The position numbers and the translations under genes are program-made. This document shows positions 1-12,300 of a stretch of DNA of 64,000 bases, one piece after another. Numbering within the stretch: the first letter of the stretch is position 1; the number at the start of each line of letters is the position of its first letter. The DNA is from Antedon mediterranea (lineage: Eukaryota; Animalia; Echinodermata): positions 34,230,437 through 34,294,436 of the forward strand of contig NC_092672.1 in NCBI RefSeq assembly GCF_964355755.1, read 5' to 3'. The notes under the pieces were generated by a model, which made no database searches, had not been told where the DNA came from, and saw nothing but the letters and a program-made list of their open reading frames with translations.

Positions 1-1563
1 TACTGTAGAGAAATTTGTCTCCATGTGTTTTGAATTGTTTATTGTTAATCAAATTGATTTTTCTTATCTGCTTATTAGAATGCCTAACACTAGCCACATA
101 AAAATATAATAGCCTAAATTCTATTCAATTTCTCTTATGCACAAAACTAGCAAAACGCACAAACACCCATCCATCGCACCTGGAAAGATACCTCAATAAT
201 TCCACAATGAAATAATATTCTCCTATACTAGGCCTACTGTATGTGTGGGTAAGATAGACATTTTAGCACAGTTTTCAGCATACAACATAATTTTTTATTC
301 AAATTTTGCAAAAATTCTTTGAGTGGGATAAAATAACAGGACCATATGTAAACAGGTGTAATATCTATACCTGATGTGTTTTATCCTGTATAATAAATAT
401 GTTTTAAATTTTTTTAAATAAAAAAATAAACCAACATACAAAATCCTATATAATTTTTAAAAGCACAGTTTTTCAGCATACAACCTTATATACAACATAA
501 CTTTGTTATTAAAATTTTGCAAAATTTCTTCAATGAATGATATAATAAACAATTTTATGCACAAAAATGAGCCAAACAAAACTGACTTTGGCACTGTAAG
601 ATCAATGTAACCAATGAAGGATAATAAATCATTAACACTGAAAATAGCAATGAAGTATATAATCCAAGTTATTAGGAGCCAGTATGATCAATATGTATAC
701 AATTTGCAAATTGGTTAGCTGAAGCTGAACACTCCTGCGACGTGCATCAAGGGAAAGAAGTAAGGTCTCGCAATTACTATTTTAAATTTGAATTTAATGC
801 AGAGAAAACAACATATAAATATGTCAGTTAATCAGCTGAAATGTAGCATAGAATTTTTCAAAAATTTACCAAAAATGTTGACTATTCAAAATCAAACGCA
901 GAAAATGACACAGAAATATTTTAGTTCGTTGCATTGATTAATATACTGTACTGTATGACTTGTGTGCTTTATATTTTTCCCATATACATAAAGCAATTGC
1001 ATATTTGTCAATTGTATGTGAATTGTGAGAAAACTCAGAATGGCATTCAAATAATGAATTTAAATGAACAAATAAAAGGCCACGAACATTTTGGGTGTGC
1101 GAAAATAACGGCAACTAAAATTAAAAGAATTAATTTGTATGCAACATGTATGTAATACTTTATTTCAAACAATTTAACTGCAAAAATATAATACTAATGC
1201 ATTTACAGTAGAGCTGTGAAAATAACATTACATTATTAATTATCTATCAAAGTTATTGCAAATGCAGAAGAATGATACTGTAGCTTAAAATCCAACATAA
1301 ATCAATGAGGAAGAAGATGTTAATAGCATAGTCCTTGAAATGAGAATCCAAAAAATTAATTCTCAGTTTACAGTCATGTAAAATATTGGCGACTAATTTA
1401 TTAATATTCCAATTTTCCGTAAAATGAATTATTCATAAATGTCACCATAAAAAAAAAGTGATATGATACAGGATTAATTTTTTTAGTTAAATTAGTATAT
1501 ACAGTATTAGTTTATTTACTAGCCGGTATACCATGTGCTAGTAGCCTAAATCAAAATTACAAG

Positions 1564-1750
1564 ATGACAGAAGTAAAAGTAAAACGACCCGTAGGAAGAC
1601 CAAGAAATAACTGGATGAATCAAATAAAGAAAGACTTACAAGGACTAGTAGACACTAACACAATAACAAACCATCCTGCCATAAACAGAAAAAAATGGAA
1701 ACAAATTGTGGAAAACGTTAGCAACAAGATGACAGAAAAACAGACTACAC
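1564..1750 (+). mobile_element. RTE-clade LINE 3' fragment
   Basis: KRPVGRPRNNWMNQIKKDL...NRKKWKQIV resembles the GRPxxxW / R..W C-terminus of RTE-type ORFs. Confidence 0.65.
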
Positions 1751-1801
1751 TACACTATAAAAGCTGGTTGTAATATAGAAATGATGGTCGGCCTTTCTTT
1801 A

Positions 1802-1987
1802 AGCTCTGTCTAATAGTGTAGACAGAGCTTAATAAAGAAAGTATTAAACTAGTTTGACAAAAAAAGTGTGATGTGCCCAAATATGGTAGTGATATACCTA
1901 AATATGGTAGTGGTATGACATCATCATGTCCATATATGGGCACATCACATGTTTTTGTCACATAAGTTTGATAGTGTAGACAGAGCT
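1802..1987. mobile_element. Harbinger-like MITE family A (AGCTCTGTCTACACTATCAAACT TIR)
   Basis: TTA flanks and long palindromic arms; this copy has a rearranged left end. About 17 copies in the window. Confidence 0.8.
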
Positions 1988-2101
1988 TTACACATATTTT
2001 CTATTCTTCCAGATATTTTTTCTTAGCCACTATACTACTGTACACTGCTGACATACTGGAAAGAGCCCAGAATACTATTTATTAACATGCAGTTGTATTA
2101 A

Positions 2102-2728
2102 AGCCCCATTCCCTACGTTTTTTAGATCTAATTTAAGATCACAAACTATATTTAATGTAAAAATAATACTATATGGTCCTATTGCGATAACTTTTTTTTG
2201 TCTTTAAACGGTTAAAAATGTGAAAAATAAGTCGATTTTAATAATTATAGCGGCCCGCTATAAATCCCAAAATGCATTGCGCGCGGATTGATATTTTTGT
2301 TTTTCACCTGTAATTCGCCCACTTTTCGATCGATCGTGAGGCCAAAACAAATGGAAGACTCCTAATTTTTCAGCGAAAATACCGGGTTTTCCCCAATTTG
2401 TATCAACGGAGTCTGGCAAAAATAGAAAGACAATTAATGCAGCAACTATACAACGTCAGGCTAGGTATATAGCTAGCGTACGATGTTCGCACGTTACCGA
2501 TGTTTACCAGCTAGGCCTACAAAACTAAGCCTAGCCAGGCTAGGCCTAAGACCGTCCACGAGAGGTCGATCGCCGCGAGCTACTTAGGTAGTGCATTGTT
2601 TCTCACTTTTTATCATAATTTACCATAAAACGTACATTTAAGACAAGGAATGACATGGTTTAATGTTTTTAAAGTGATATATATGTATTATTTTCCAAAA
2701 AACGTCCAAAATTGCAGGGAAGGGGTCT
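2102..2728 (-). mobile_element. Kolobok-like non-autonomous DNA transposon, copy 1
   Basis: TTAA on both sides, AG...CT termini, short TIR (AGCCCCATTCCCT / AGGGAAGGGGTCT); reverse complement of copies at 49083, 54165 and 58433. Confidence 0.85.
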
Positions 2729-3424
2729 TTAACTGATTAATTTATCTTAGGTCCAATAGTGACATCAAGATTATAATGGGTTCAAGGACTGCTGAAATTC
2801 TCTATGAAACAATATTAATGAATTCTGACTCTGACCCTCTACAATTCTCAACCTTTTCACCAAGTCAAACATACAGTAATTATTATACTGTATTAATGAA
2901 TATTATGCAAAATGTTTTTTTAAATAGGTTATTTTATATAGCTAATCTAACATATATTTTACTTATAATATTTAATTGACCAGCCCTCGCTGCTGCCTAA
3001 TTTCGAGAAATTTTAATTAATAAATTGAATGAGTTAATATTATTAATTATTAATACTTAGGCCTATAGGCCTACTGGATTCCGGCCTACTTACTCTATTA
3101 AGTATTATGCATGTTATACACTTCACTTAATTATGTTTATGAGGTTCAGTAGTCATTCATGTCAGCCGTAGTTTGGCTGTTTCAGTATAACGTTAGAATG
3201 TAAAAAAAACAGCCAACATTTAGGCCTAGGCCCTACATGATTTTCGACAAGAGCCATCAGATAACAATCTCCCTCCGGTTGATGAGTCATTCACTGAGTA
3301 TAGTAAATACTAAAATGAAGGCCAACCAGGCCTAGAAAATGGGCTTATCTTATGTTGAGTTATTATTATTACTACCAGCAGGTTTTAATACAGTTTTAAA
3401 ATATGAAAATTCATGCATTCTTAC

Positions 3425-3610
3425 CTATTTCAAAAGTTGGTACGATAATGATCGGCCTGGGCTACAACAAAATGTTTTATAACTAGGCTTAGGTCTACAT
3501 AAAGTAAATACGGTCCCTCGACAAAACCACCAACCGTGTGTTTTATTTTCGATGCTCTCGATCCTCTGGCTTTTTGATGTATGGTGGTTGTTGTTGTTTT
3601 GACAGCGTAG
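3425..3610 (-). other. probable non-coding first exon of an unidentified minus-strand gene leaving the window to the left
   Basis: Strong minus-strand donor AG|GTAAG at 3425/3424, CpG-richer sequence, no convincing ORF, NRF1-type motif just upstream. The 5' boundary is approximate. Confidence 0.45.
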
Positions 3611-3618
3611 TATTGATG

Positions 3619-3628
3619 TGCGCATGCG
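3619..3628. promoter_or_regulatory. NRF1-type site TGCGCATGCG
   Basis: Close match to the NRF1/EWG palindromic consensus next to the putative first exon. Confidence 0.45.
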
Positions 3629-4299
3629 TAGTTCACAAGGGAGAACATTTCTCATGCATGAATACACATTGTTATCTGTTTTATTATTTTTTAATAGTAG
3701 GCCTAAATAATGATAATTTATTTTTTATTTTTGATAGATGAGTAAATAGATATTAGGAATAGATTAATTAGTTAGTACGCTTTAAATCAGGTGCCGTTTT
3801 CGGCCACCTCCTCGACTTGTATGGACTATATATACCATTATAAAAAGATGGGAAAATAGGGGTGTCCTATTTATTAATTGAGTGTGTTAATGTGTTGCAA
3901 TACTGCTGCTTTTGTTCTTTTGTTTAGTGCATTATGTTTCAGCAACAAAGGGAAAACAACTACGCCCTGCCAGGGAGTTGTTAACAACTCCCTGGCCCTG
4001 CATGCTGTAGAATTAATTTCGGTTTTCAAGTTAATGCAGTATATTATGGCTCTTTATTTCTATATAATTTTTACAGATTTATAGTTAGATACAGAAAGTA
4101 TATAAAGAAAGTTTTTATTCCAGTTACAAATAAAAAATATAATTTACCTAACGATAACACGTACAGAGTAGTACATTTAATAAAGATGACAGTAGTACAT
4201 TTAATAAGATCTATATCACATACTGATTATTAGGTAATCAGTAAAACCAATAAACATTATAATTTTGTCAACTGTACCATTTTGTTCCCAGAATTTTGC

Positions 4300-4720
4300 A
4301 TCATCAAAACGTTATAATAGCGAATGCAAAACGGAGCTGATAATGTCGCCATGAAGAGGATGATTGGTGTCTTCCAATATAGCATGGAATACATCGGCGA
4401 GCCGTTCGCTGTAGAAAACCAATTACTTTCCACGCTCTACCCAGCACCTTCTCAATTCGGTCTTTATCCCTCTTACATCTTACTGATATTCCTAGCCCAA
4501 TATACAATATGCCCAAATAGAACATCACTGATTAGTAAAACATAAACATTCTATAGTACAAATATCCTGCTTTACCCCAAAGAACCGAGTTTCCTCAAGC
4601 AGTACAGCCTTGTATTTAACTTCTTAACTACGATCAACATGTCCACCCATTTAAGCTTTAGTCAAACACTACTGCCATATACTTATAATTGTTAACAATC
4701 TCTACTTCCTTTACTTTAAT
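4300..4720 (-). mobile_element. degenerate Rex1/Babar-like LINE RT C-terminal fragment
   Basis: Frameshifted peptides YKY.., TRLYCLRKL, SVMFY and KRDKDRIEKVLGRAWKVIG resemble the Rex1-type ORF end. Confidence 0.65.
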
Positions 4721-4855
4721 TAATGTATACTGTCAGACCAATTATGTTTTCGAAAATCAATCCTTATTTCTTTCGTTTTATTTGGGCCGATTAGAATGCA
4801 TTTGCCAACTATCTTTTACATATTTCACAACATTATATAGAGTTTAGGTAATTTA

Positions 4856-5035
4856 ACCGATTGTAATGTTGTATTTAGGATGTTTTAATTCCGATTGTAT
4901 TGTAGTATTTAGGATGTTTTAATTCCGATTGTATTGTAGTATTTAGGCCCTGTTTTAATTCCGATTGTATTGTAGTATTTTATTTAAGATTTTCTAATTT
5001 CGAATCCGATTGTACTAAAATTTAAAGTGTTTAAA
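4856..5035. repeat. about 34-bp tandem repeat
   Basis: CCGATTGTATTGTAGTATTTAGGATGTTTTAATT units. Confidence 0.8.
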
Positions 5036-5149
5036 TCCAGATAGGAATAACATAGGCCTAGTATATACTTTAATTTTGATTATACTTTAGTGTTTAGTTT
5101 AGTTTTTATATATAATAAGTAAGTATACCTACTTATATAGTTTTTATTT

Positions 5150-6200
5150 ATTTATTTATTTATTCATAGGAATCACCTTTATATCGGTGTCACACATTTA
5201 TCAGTTAATGGTGCATCCAATTTACAGCAGACAAAATTACAAATAACATAAGCCACAAAGTTCTAAATACTAATACTGTACATAACATCTAAACAAAATG
5301 TAAACTAATTAATTAATTAGATCTGTATGAAAATACATAATACGTAAATTGTACAATAATATAACTACAAAAATAAAAACAGAACAACAAAAATACAGGA
5401 TAGGCCTAATAAATAAATAAAACTTACAGATACATCCTCATAGGGATGTCTGTAGCTTGTTTACTATATTAATCAATTAGTTAATTAAATTACAAATAAA
5501 ATAAAATTAAATATAATAATAAAATCAATTATCAATTATATTTTTTTAAATAATAATAATGATAATATTCGCTTTAAACTTGAAAATATTAATAATACTG
5601 ATAATAAATAGATAATCCATTAACTCCATCAATAAACAATAACATTCATTTTTCCTAATCTTTCATTTTCAGTGAATAAATTGTCTAGCATAAAGTGTTG
5701 TTTTAATTTCTGAGATCCACAATTAAAATTATCCCAGTACATACTTAATTATTGTCTAACAGAAATAATGAAGGACATTTAAATAAAAAAGGGTTTACTG
5801 TTTCTTTTTCGTTAGTACTACACATCTTACATAATCCTGTGTTTATATGATTTGACCAGGATTGTCTACGACCCTCAAGATCTAGGAGAGTTCGATATTG
5901 CTTTAAATTTTAAATTGATACTCTTAAAATTAGTTTTATCTAACAAATATTGTTCAAGGTTTGGAGTTCCTTTATACATAGTATATTCCGTTAACGTTTT
6001 TTTGCATGTAATTTCGTTTTGCATTGGGCCTTTGAAAACCACTCGTTATGATCAACTTTTGATTTTTCCTAAATGGCTTTATCCAGTTAGTAGATGGTTC
6101 TTCATTAAATTTGTCTATAAAATTTGTTTTATTTAAAATATCTTTAGTTAATATAGTAATATTGTTTCAAAATCTTGGCATTCCCTAACACAGTACCTAT
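5150..6200 (-). mobile_element. degenerate LINE 3' fragment with C-terminal zinc knuckle and (AAAT)n tail
   Basis: Minus-strand CKMCSTNEKETVNPFLFKCP (decayed CCHC motif) near 5770-5830; (TTTA)n at about 5145-5165. Confidence 0.5.
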
Positions 6201-7059
6201 AATAACATGCCTTATAAAAAGTACATGCATTGCTAGTTTTTGATGTTTTGTATTGTTACTTGTACTTTGTACTGTAGGTTACGTAACAGAACAATTGTAT
6301 TGTCTTCCCATTCAATAGACACCCTTCTCTACATAAAATATAATAGACCACACCCCTATAATAATAATAATAATGGTATAGTCCATATAAGTCGAGGTGG
6401 CCGAAAACGGCATCTGATCCCGCTTTAAATCCTTGTTTGTATCAAAACTACAGGGAATTAATATAGGCTTAACAATTGTTTCAACAATATAATATCAAAA
6501 ATATATTAATTAATTATTGAATGCAACGATCATTTATATAAAGAAAAGCCTAACTTTTAATTAATGTGTAAGTTTATATGTGAATCTTACGTAAAGGTAC
6601 CGGGAAAGGTACCACATTTATTTTTAGTAATTTGTATGATATTTTTGTCAAGCAATGTATGTAAACCCCTTCTTCCTGGTACAAATGCCAAGACAGTTAG
6701 CCTACTTAGTCGAGCACTAAAATGTATTTATTTAAAAATCAATGGGCCTTTTGTTTTCTAAATGAAATAAAGTTCCTAAAAAGATAAAAAATAAATGTAT
6801 AAAATACAGCAGGGAGTTGTAAAATTATTTTACACCAACTCCCTGGTGAAACTAAAATCAAGTTTTTTCAGAGTAATGATTTTCAATACATTTTACATGT
6901 ATTATAACATAGTAAAATTATCTTTAATATTTTTTTTATTAGATTCGGTTTACATCAAAGATATAATAATTTCCTTGGGAGTTGTTCTCCCTGCTTAAAC
7001 ATCGGAAACATTTATAATTTTTCTAAAAACGATTAAAAAAACGTTAACAATTTAAATCG

Positions 7060-7256
7060 TTTCGCGCAATCAGAGAAAATGAGTTGAGCGCCACCAACGA
7101 CCAACTTAATTTTAGTGCCAAAAAAAAAAGTGAACGTGTGTGCATTTTTTGAGAAGTCAACAGAACAGGTTGTTTTTGTGGAAAGACATTGGGTTACTAT
7201 TAAAAGTAAAGAAACTTATGACTGAAATCTTTTATTCTGTGAGTTTAAAATACAGG
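7060..7256 (+). promoter_or_regulatory. putative BICDL1 promoter (E2F site TTTCGCGC) and non-coding first exon
   Basis: TTTCGCGC at 7060-7067, local CpGs, donor CAG|GTATG at 7256, and an acceptor TTTTTTTGCAG at 9221 upstream of the ATG at 9362. Confidence 0.45.
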
Positions 7257-8344
7257 TATGTGTTTAACTGAATTCAAAATGATTCTTTGTAAGCGTATGT
7301 CATTTATATTACAGAAAAACAACAGAGGCTAGCTAGCTTCAGAGCCAGCAGAGACCATTTCTGGGCAGACGATCATGTTAAATTAAGCATGTTTGCTTAG
7401 GGTACCATCAATCAAGTTTGACAGGCATGCCAGACAACAACAATGGCCTAAAATTCTGAAAAATATGGATACTAAATGAATATATTCTGTTTAGTTATAT
7501 ATTGCTTATATTCTTTCACAGGATTCATCTATAATTTCAAATAAAGCTAAAATCTAAAAACTTATTTAATTTCCACGTTTTCATATATTTTTTGTGTATA
7601 TTTATTTGTTACAATTTATAGATAGATGTGATGTTTTTCTTTTAATATTCCTTTTTTGTTTATTAGATATTTTTTCTTTATATTTTGTTATAGAATAGAT
7701 ATGTTTTAATTTATTAATGATGTTATTTTTGACTACTTCATGTGAAGAGGTAATAATGTACTTTAATAATTCATTTCATTCTTTCTTTCTTTCCTCAATA
7801 AACAGTTGGAATCTTAATAAATTGATAATCTGTTTTTTTTATGTAATATTTTCTCTCAAAATAATCTATTCTGATGCGGCAGATCCTTCCTCCAAACAAC
7901 AATGTGGGAGATGACGCCCTGGGGATTGGTTGTGTGAATTTCGAATGAAGAAAAAGGGGAAGACTTTAATAAAATGTGGACTAATGGGACCCTTTGTTAG
8001 GATAGGCCTACTTAGCTTGTAAAAGTTTTATCTGTTGAACTTGAAAACCTCCGGGTTTTCTTGTTTATGTACCCTAGATATAAAGAAAATGTACATATAA
8101 AGATAAGAAATATTAAAACAAACCTTTGTCCTATAATATTAAAGTGTTTGTACAATACCACTGTTTAAACTTTTTGGGTTGATTCCCCAACCATCATGAG
8201 ATAGCATGACTTGTCAACCAATGACTAGTTGAAATGACATCATTTAGTGTTAAAAACAAACTTATGAACACAAGAAAACAGGTGACACAACCATTTAAAG
8301 GGATTTTTTTTTAGTCATGGTTGTCATCTTATCATCATCATACA

Positions 8345-8505
8345 TATTATGTACATAACACTAAATTATGTACAGTATATAACATTGACCTGGGTAATGA
8401 TATGTACATAACATTGACCTGGGTAAATTATGTACATAACATTAACCTGGGTAATTATGTATATAACATTGACCTGGGTAATGATATGTACATAACATTG
8501 ACCTG
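8345..8505. repeat. about 30-bp tandem repeat
   Basis: TATGTACATAACATTGACCTGGGTAAT units. Confidence 0.8.
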
Positions 8506-9361
8506 TTTATTTTTATTTAAAATAACATAAGAAAATAATTTAGAAACATTTGTTTGTATCAAATGTATTTACATGACATTGACCTAAAAGAAGATGTTGT
8601 TTATAACAATTGAAACTAGAAATCTAAGAAGTTGTCTAAATAAAAAACAACAATTATCTCTTCCGTTTGTATTATAATAGAGAAGGGTAAATTACCTTGA
8701 AAACATTCTTTATTTCAAATTATTTACATAACTTTGACCAGTTTTAGTATTGCCTAAAACAATTCCTTCAACAAAACTAAGGACACTAGGTTTCATGATT
8801 TATTTACTGTAGCTAAACAAAAATAATCATGTCATGGAACTACAAACGTGATGAAAGAAAGAATAGAAAGAAAAAAAAAACCACTTGATATCATGTGCAC
8901 ATTGTACCTGAATGTTGTAGCTGATAGATCTGATTGGCTGCTGCCTCATTCCCACCCACTTAAGTAAGCATTGACCATTCTGAAGCCTGATTCATCTGTT
9001 TGCACTGGCACGCAACAGCTCAAAATGAATTAATAATTATCTGCCTAGCTTATCACAACAGGTTCTATATAACATATGCCTTTTTATACTATTGAAAGGT
9101 ACAGTATTACCGTCTGTACCACTGCTATTAAATATTACTCATTTGTTTTTTACAGTAATTTGCCTTGGAGTTTTTCACTTTAACAACAAATTAATTCAAT
9201 TTCTTGGGGTTTTTTTTGCAGATTTTTTAATACAATTTGGAATACTGTCACAACAAGAAGGTTCTAAGGATTAAATGTTTTGATATTTTTGATTGAACAT
9301 ATTATGTTTTAAAGTGCTTAAAGAGTTCTTTTTTGTTGGATTTTGAGCGTCTACGTCTGTC

Positions 9362-12300
9362 ATGCTGCACAGTTCAACACCAATACCTTATGGTAAGAAC
9401 AACTATTACTACCAAATGGATACAGATGAACAAAACGACCCGGCGTACGTCCAGGATTGCGCAATAGATAGTACACGGAAAGCGCAGCAGGAGGAAGATT
9501 TGGAAGATCTTTATAGCCAACTTGCCCAAAAGGAACATGATTTAGTTCTTGCTGCGGAGCTCGGGAAAGCACTTTTAGAGGAAAATAATTTATTGTTAGA
9601 AAAGCAAGAAGATCTGAACACGGAAATTCAACAAGTTAAAGAGGTATTGTATACATTTAAAAAAAAATATTTATGTCAACTTTTAAAATGTTCTCTTATT
9701 CACAGAAAGTATCAACTTTTTAATGTTAAATTAAGGGTAGAGAGGTAGTATCTCTCTCTACTTAAGTACAAGTTGCTTACTGTACAACACTTGACAGAAA
9801 GACAACATGGTTTAAAAACAAGTACAGTGGATTACTACTGATATTAAAATATGGAATTCTCAATTCCATATGTTTTTAGGCAAATTAATATGCAATTTAA
9901 TTAAATTACTTTTTACAATAATCAATTTAAAATAGCTTGAAACCATATTGTTATTTGGGTTTATGTTTATATTACAATCAAGGTAGTCCTTTAATTTAAG
10001 AAAACAAATAAAAAACAAACAAAATTTGTGTACGTGACTTTCGTACCGTCAAAAAAACATTTAAGAGGATCTGTTTTATGAATCAGTATGTATTGCATCA
10101 GGGAATACAATTATTTATAATTAAATTGTTAAATTAAATACTTAGCACAAATATTTGTGGTTCTTATGGCAGCCCCTGCATCTAGTATCTGCCTCAGACG
10201 TATTGGCTTATGCCTTTCCTCTGGTCAAGGTGGGCACTGGGCGAGAGAAGCCCTTGATCAATGTTAGGACCAATCAAGTTGCTTTAAAACAGTCTTGATA
10301 TTGTTTGTATCAAAACCTGTTAGTGGCGGTAATTATCACTGTTGGTTTCGATTGAATAAAATAAAATAAATAAAAATATATTTCTTTTTATAAACAAAAC
10401 ATTTCATAGTTTGTTGTTATGGTACAGTAGGCCCTGTCTGCAATTTGGTATTTCTTTACAATTCATCAACCATATCACTCATTATTTTCTTTTTTGTTGA
10501 AATTATTGTTTTGATTATTTACAGGAAATTGTTTAGAATCCTGGAGCCAGATATTTTCTCATGAATTAAAACATGATAATAATAATACAATAATATTCAT
10601 AATTTCATATGTCCACAAAGCCATCAATAAAACAAAGCTTGTTTACAAAATTAACGCTAACCTTGGAAGTGCTGGATTTACATATGATTATTTATTGCTT
10701 GTGTGGAGGAATTAAATGAATGGACTGTTTATGTAGTTCATTTTTGTATATTCTGTCAAAATAGAGAAATATACAGTTAGTTTATTCTTTACCATGGACC
10801 TATAAGTTGTGTCTGCAAATCATAATCATGAATTAAATAAATGAACTATGAATTAGCAGTAGTCCAATTTTGTAGTACAGTATTATACAGTAGTTTATTT
10901 TTCACTCATATTACCATGGACTTATAAATTACATATGTCTGCAAATCATAGCTCCATGAACTAAATAAATGAACTATTAAATGAATGGACTATTTCATTT
11001 GCAATAGTTCATTTTTGTATATTTTGTCATAATAGAGAAACATACAACAGTTTATTCTTTACTCATATTACCATACCTATAAATTATAGCTCCATGATAA
11101 ATCTAACCTATACTAATTTTTTAATACATTATTTTTTAAACTGACATCTTTGTCAACAATTTTGGCACCATCAAGTGTGTGTGTTTTATTGCTTGTTGAA
11201 CCATGTATATACTATATGACCACCAATTATAATCCAAGACTCGAGTACAGTAAATCCCACCCACCAAATTTAGGCTAAATTTCATACCCTTGGGACAATA
11301 CTCGGGCATACTGTACAGCATACTGCAGTGTAGTGTAAAAATAGCTATTTTTTTGTATATTGATTCAGCATAAATTTATACTAATTTATTGATCAAGTAT
11401 TTATTTTTTAAAATTGTAATGCAAAATAAGGAACAATAGTTGTACACAACAGAGAATGGTTACATCATAAATCAATATTTATTTTCATATTATGAATATC
11501 ATGTTGTACACTGTATTTTATACATTGGTTGATTGACTGTTGGTTGCAACACACAATATTCAGATCATGGAGGTATAACTAATTTTATACCTCCATGCTC
11601 AGATCAATATTAATTCATTAGTAGGACTCCTAATGATGCGTCATATATGAACAAACCCTAGCATGATTACCACGTGGCCTTGGTTACATCCACAGCTGAT
11701 AAGTGTGTGTGAATAGACCTTAAACTAATATTATACTATAAATTCTTTTTAATTATCATATTTAAAGGTATTTTAAAAACACATATTGGGTAAGGATGAA
11801 CTTCTGATTACACAGTACTTACCATTTCTAAAGCTCTATCTACACTATCAAACTTGTGACAAAAAATGTTATTTCAATCATTAAATACATTATTTTTAGT
11901 CATTCTCTGTATAAGGGTATTGCTAAACCCCGCAAACCCCTGTACAGTATAACGGGAAAATGGCAACTTTATCGTCCTCAAAAAGTTAGGACGATAGAGT
12001 TTCATGCAAAGCTCCCACCACTTTGTTAAAGCTCATGCATAAATTATTCATGAGCACCGTCCTGGGGATTCCCGTCGTGTTTCGTAAAGTCCCTACTGTA
12101 CCAAGTAAGTAAGGAACGGGGATGGGGTTTTACTCAATATACTGTACCACAATGCTATTATTCCATGTAGACACCATATAGATATCAGATCAATATAATC
12201 ATTGGATTGTTGACTTAGATACCAGTATCAACAACAATGTGGACGTGTGTTCCAGTCCAACAATCTGTGAATAATATGTTTGCTTATCAACTTGAGCATT

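Larger units (their letters stand above)
3787..6420. mobile_element. 2.6-kb TIR element (MULE- or Merlin-like) containing LINE fragments
   Basis: Left ATCAGGTGCCGTTTTCGGCCACCTC...GACTTGTATGGACTATA is the inverse of right TATAGTCCATATAAGTCGAGGTGGCCGAAAACGGCATCTGAT. CGCTTTAA is repeated on both flanks. No transposase ORF. Confidence 0.75.
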
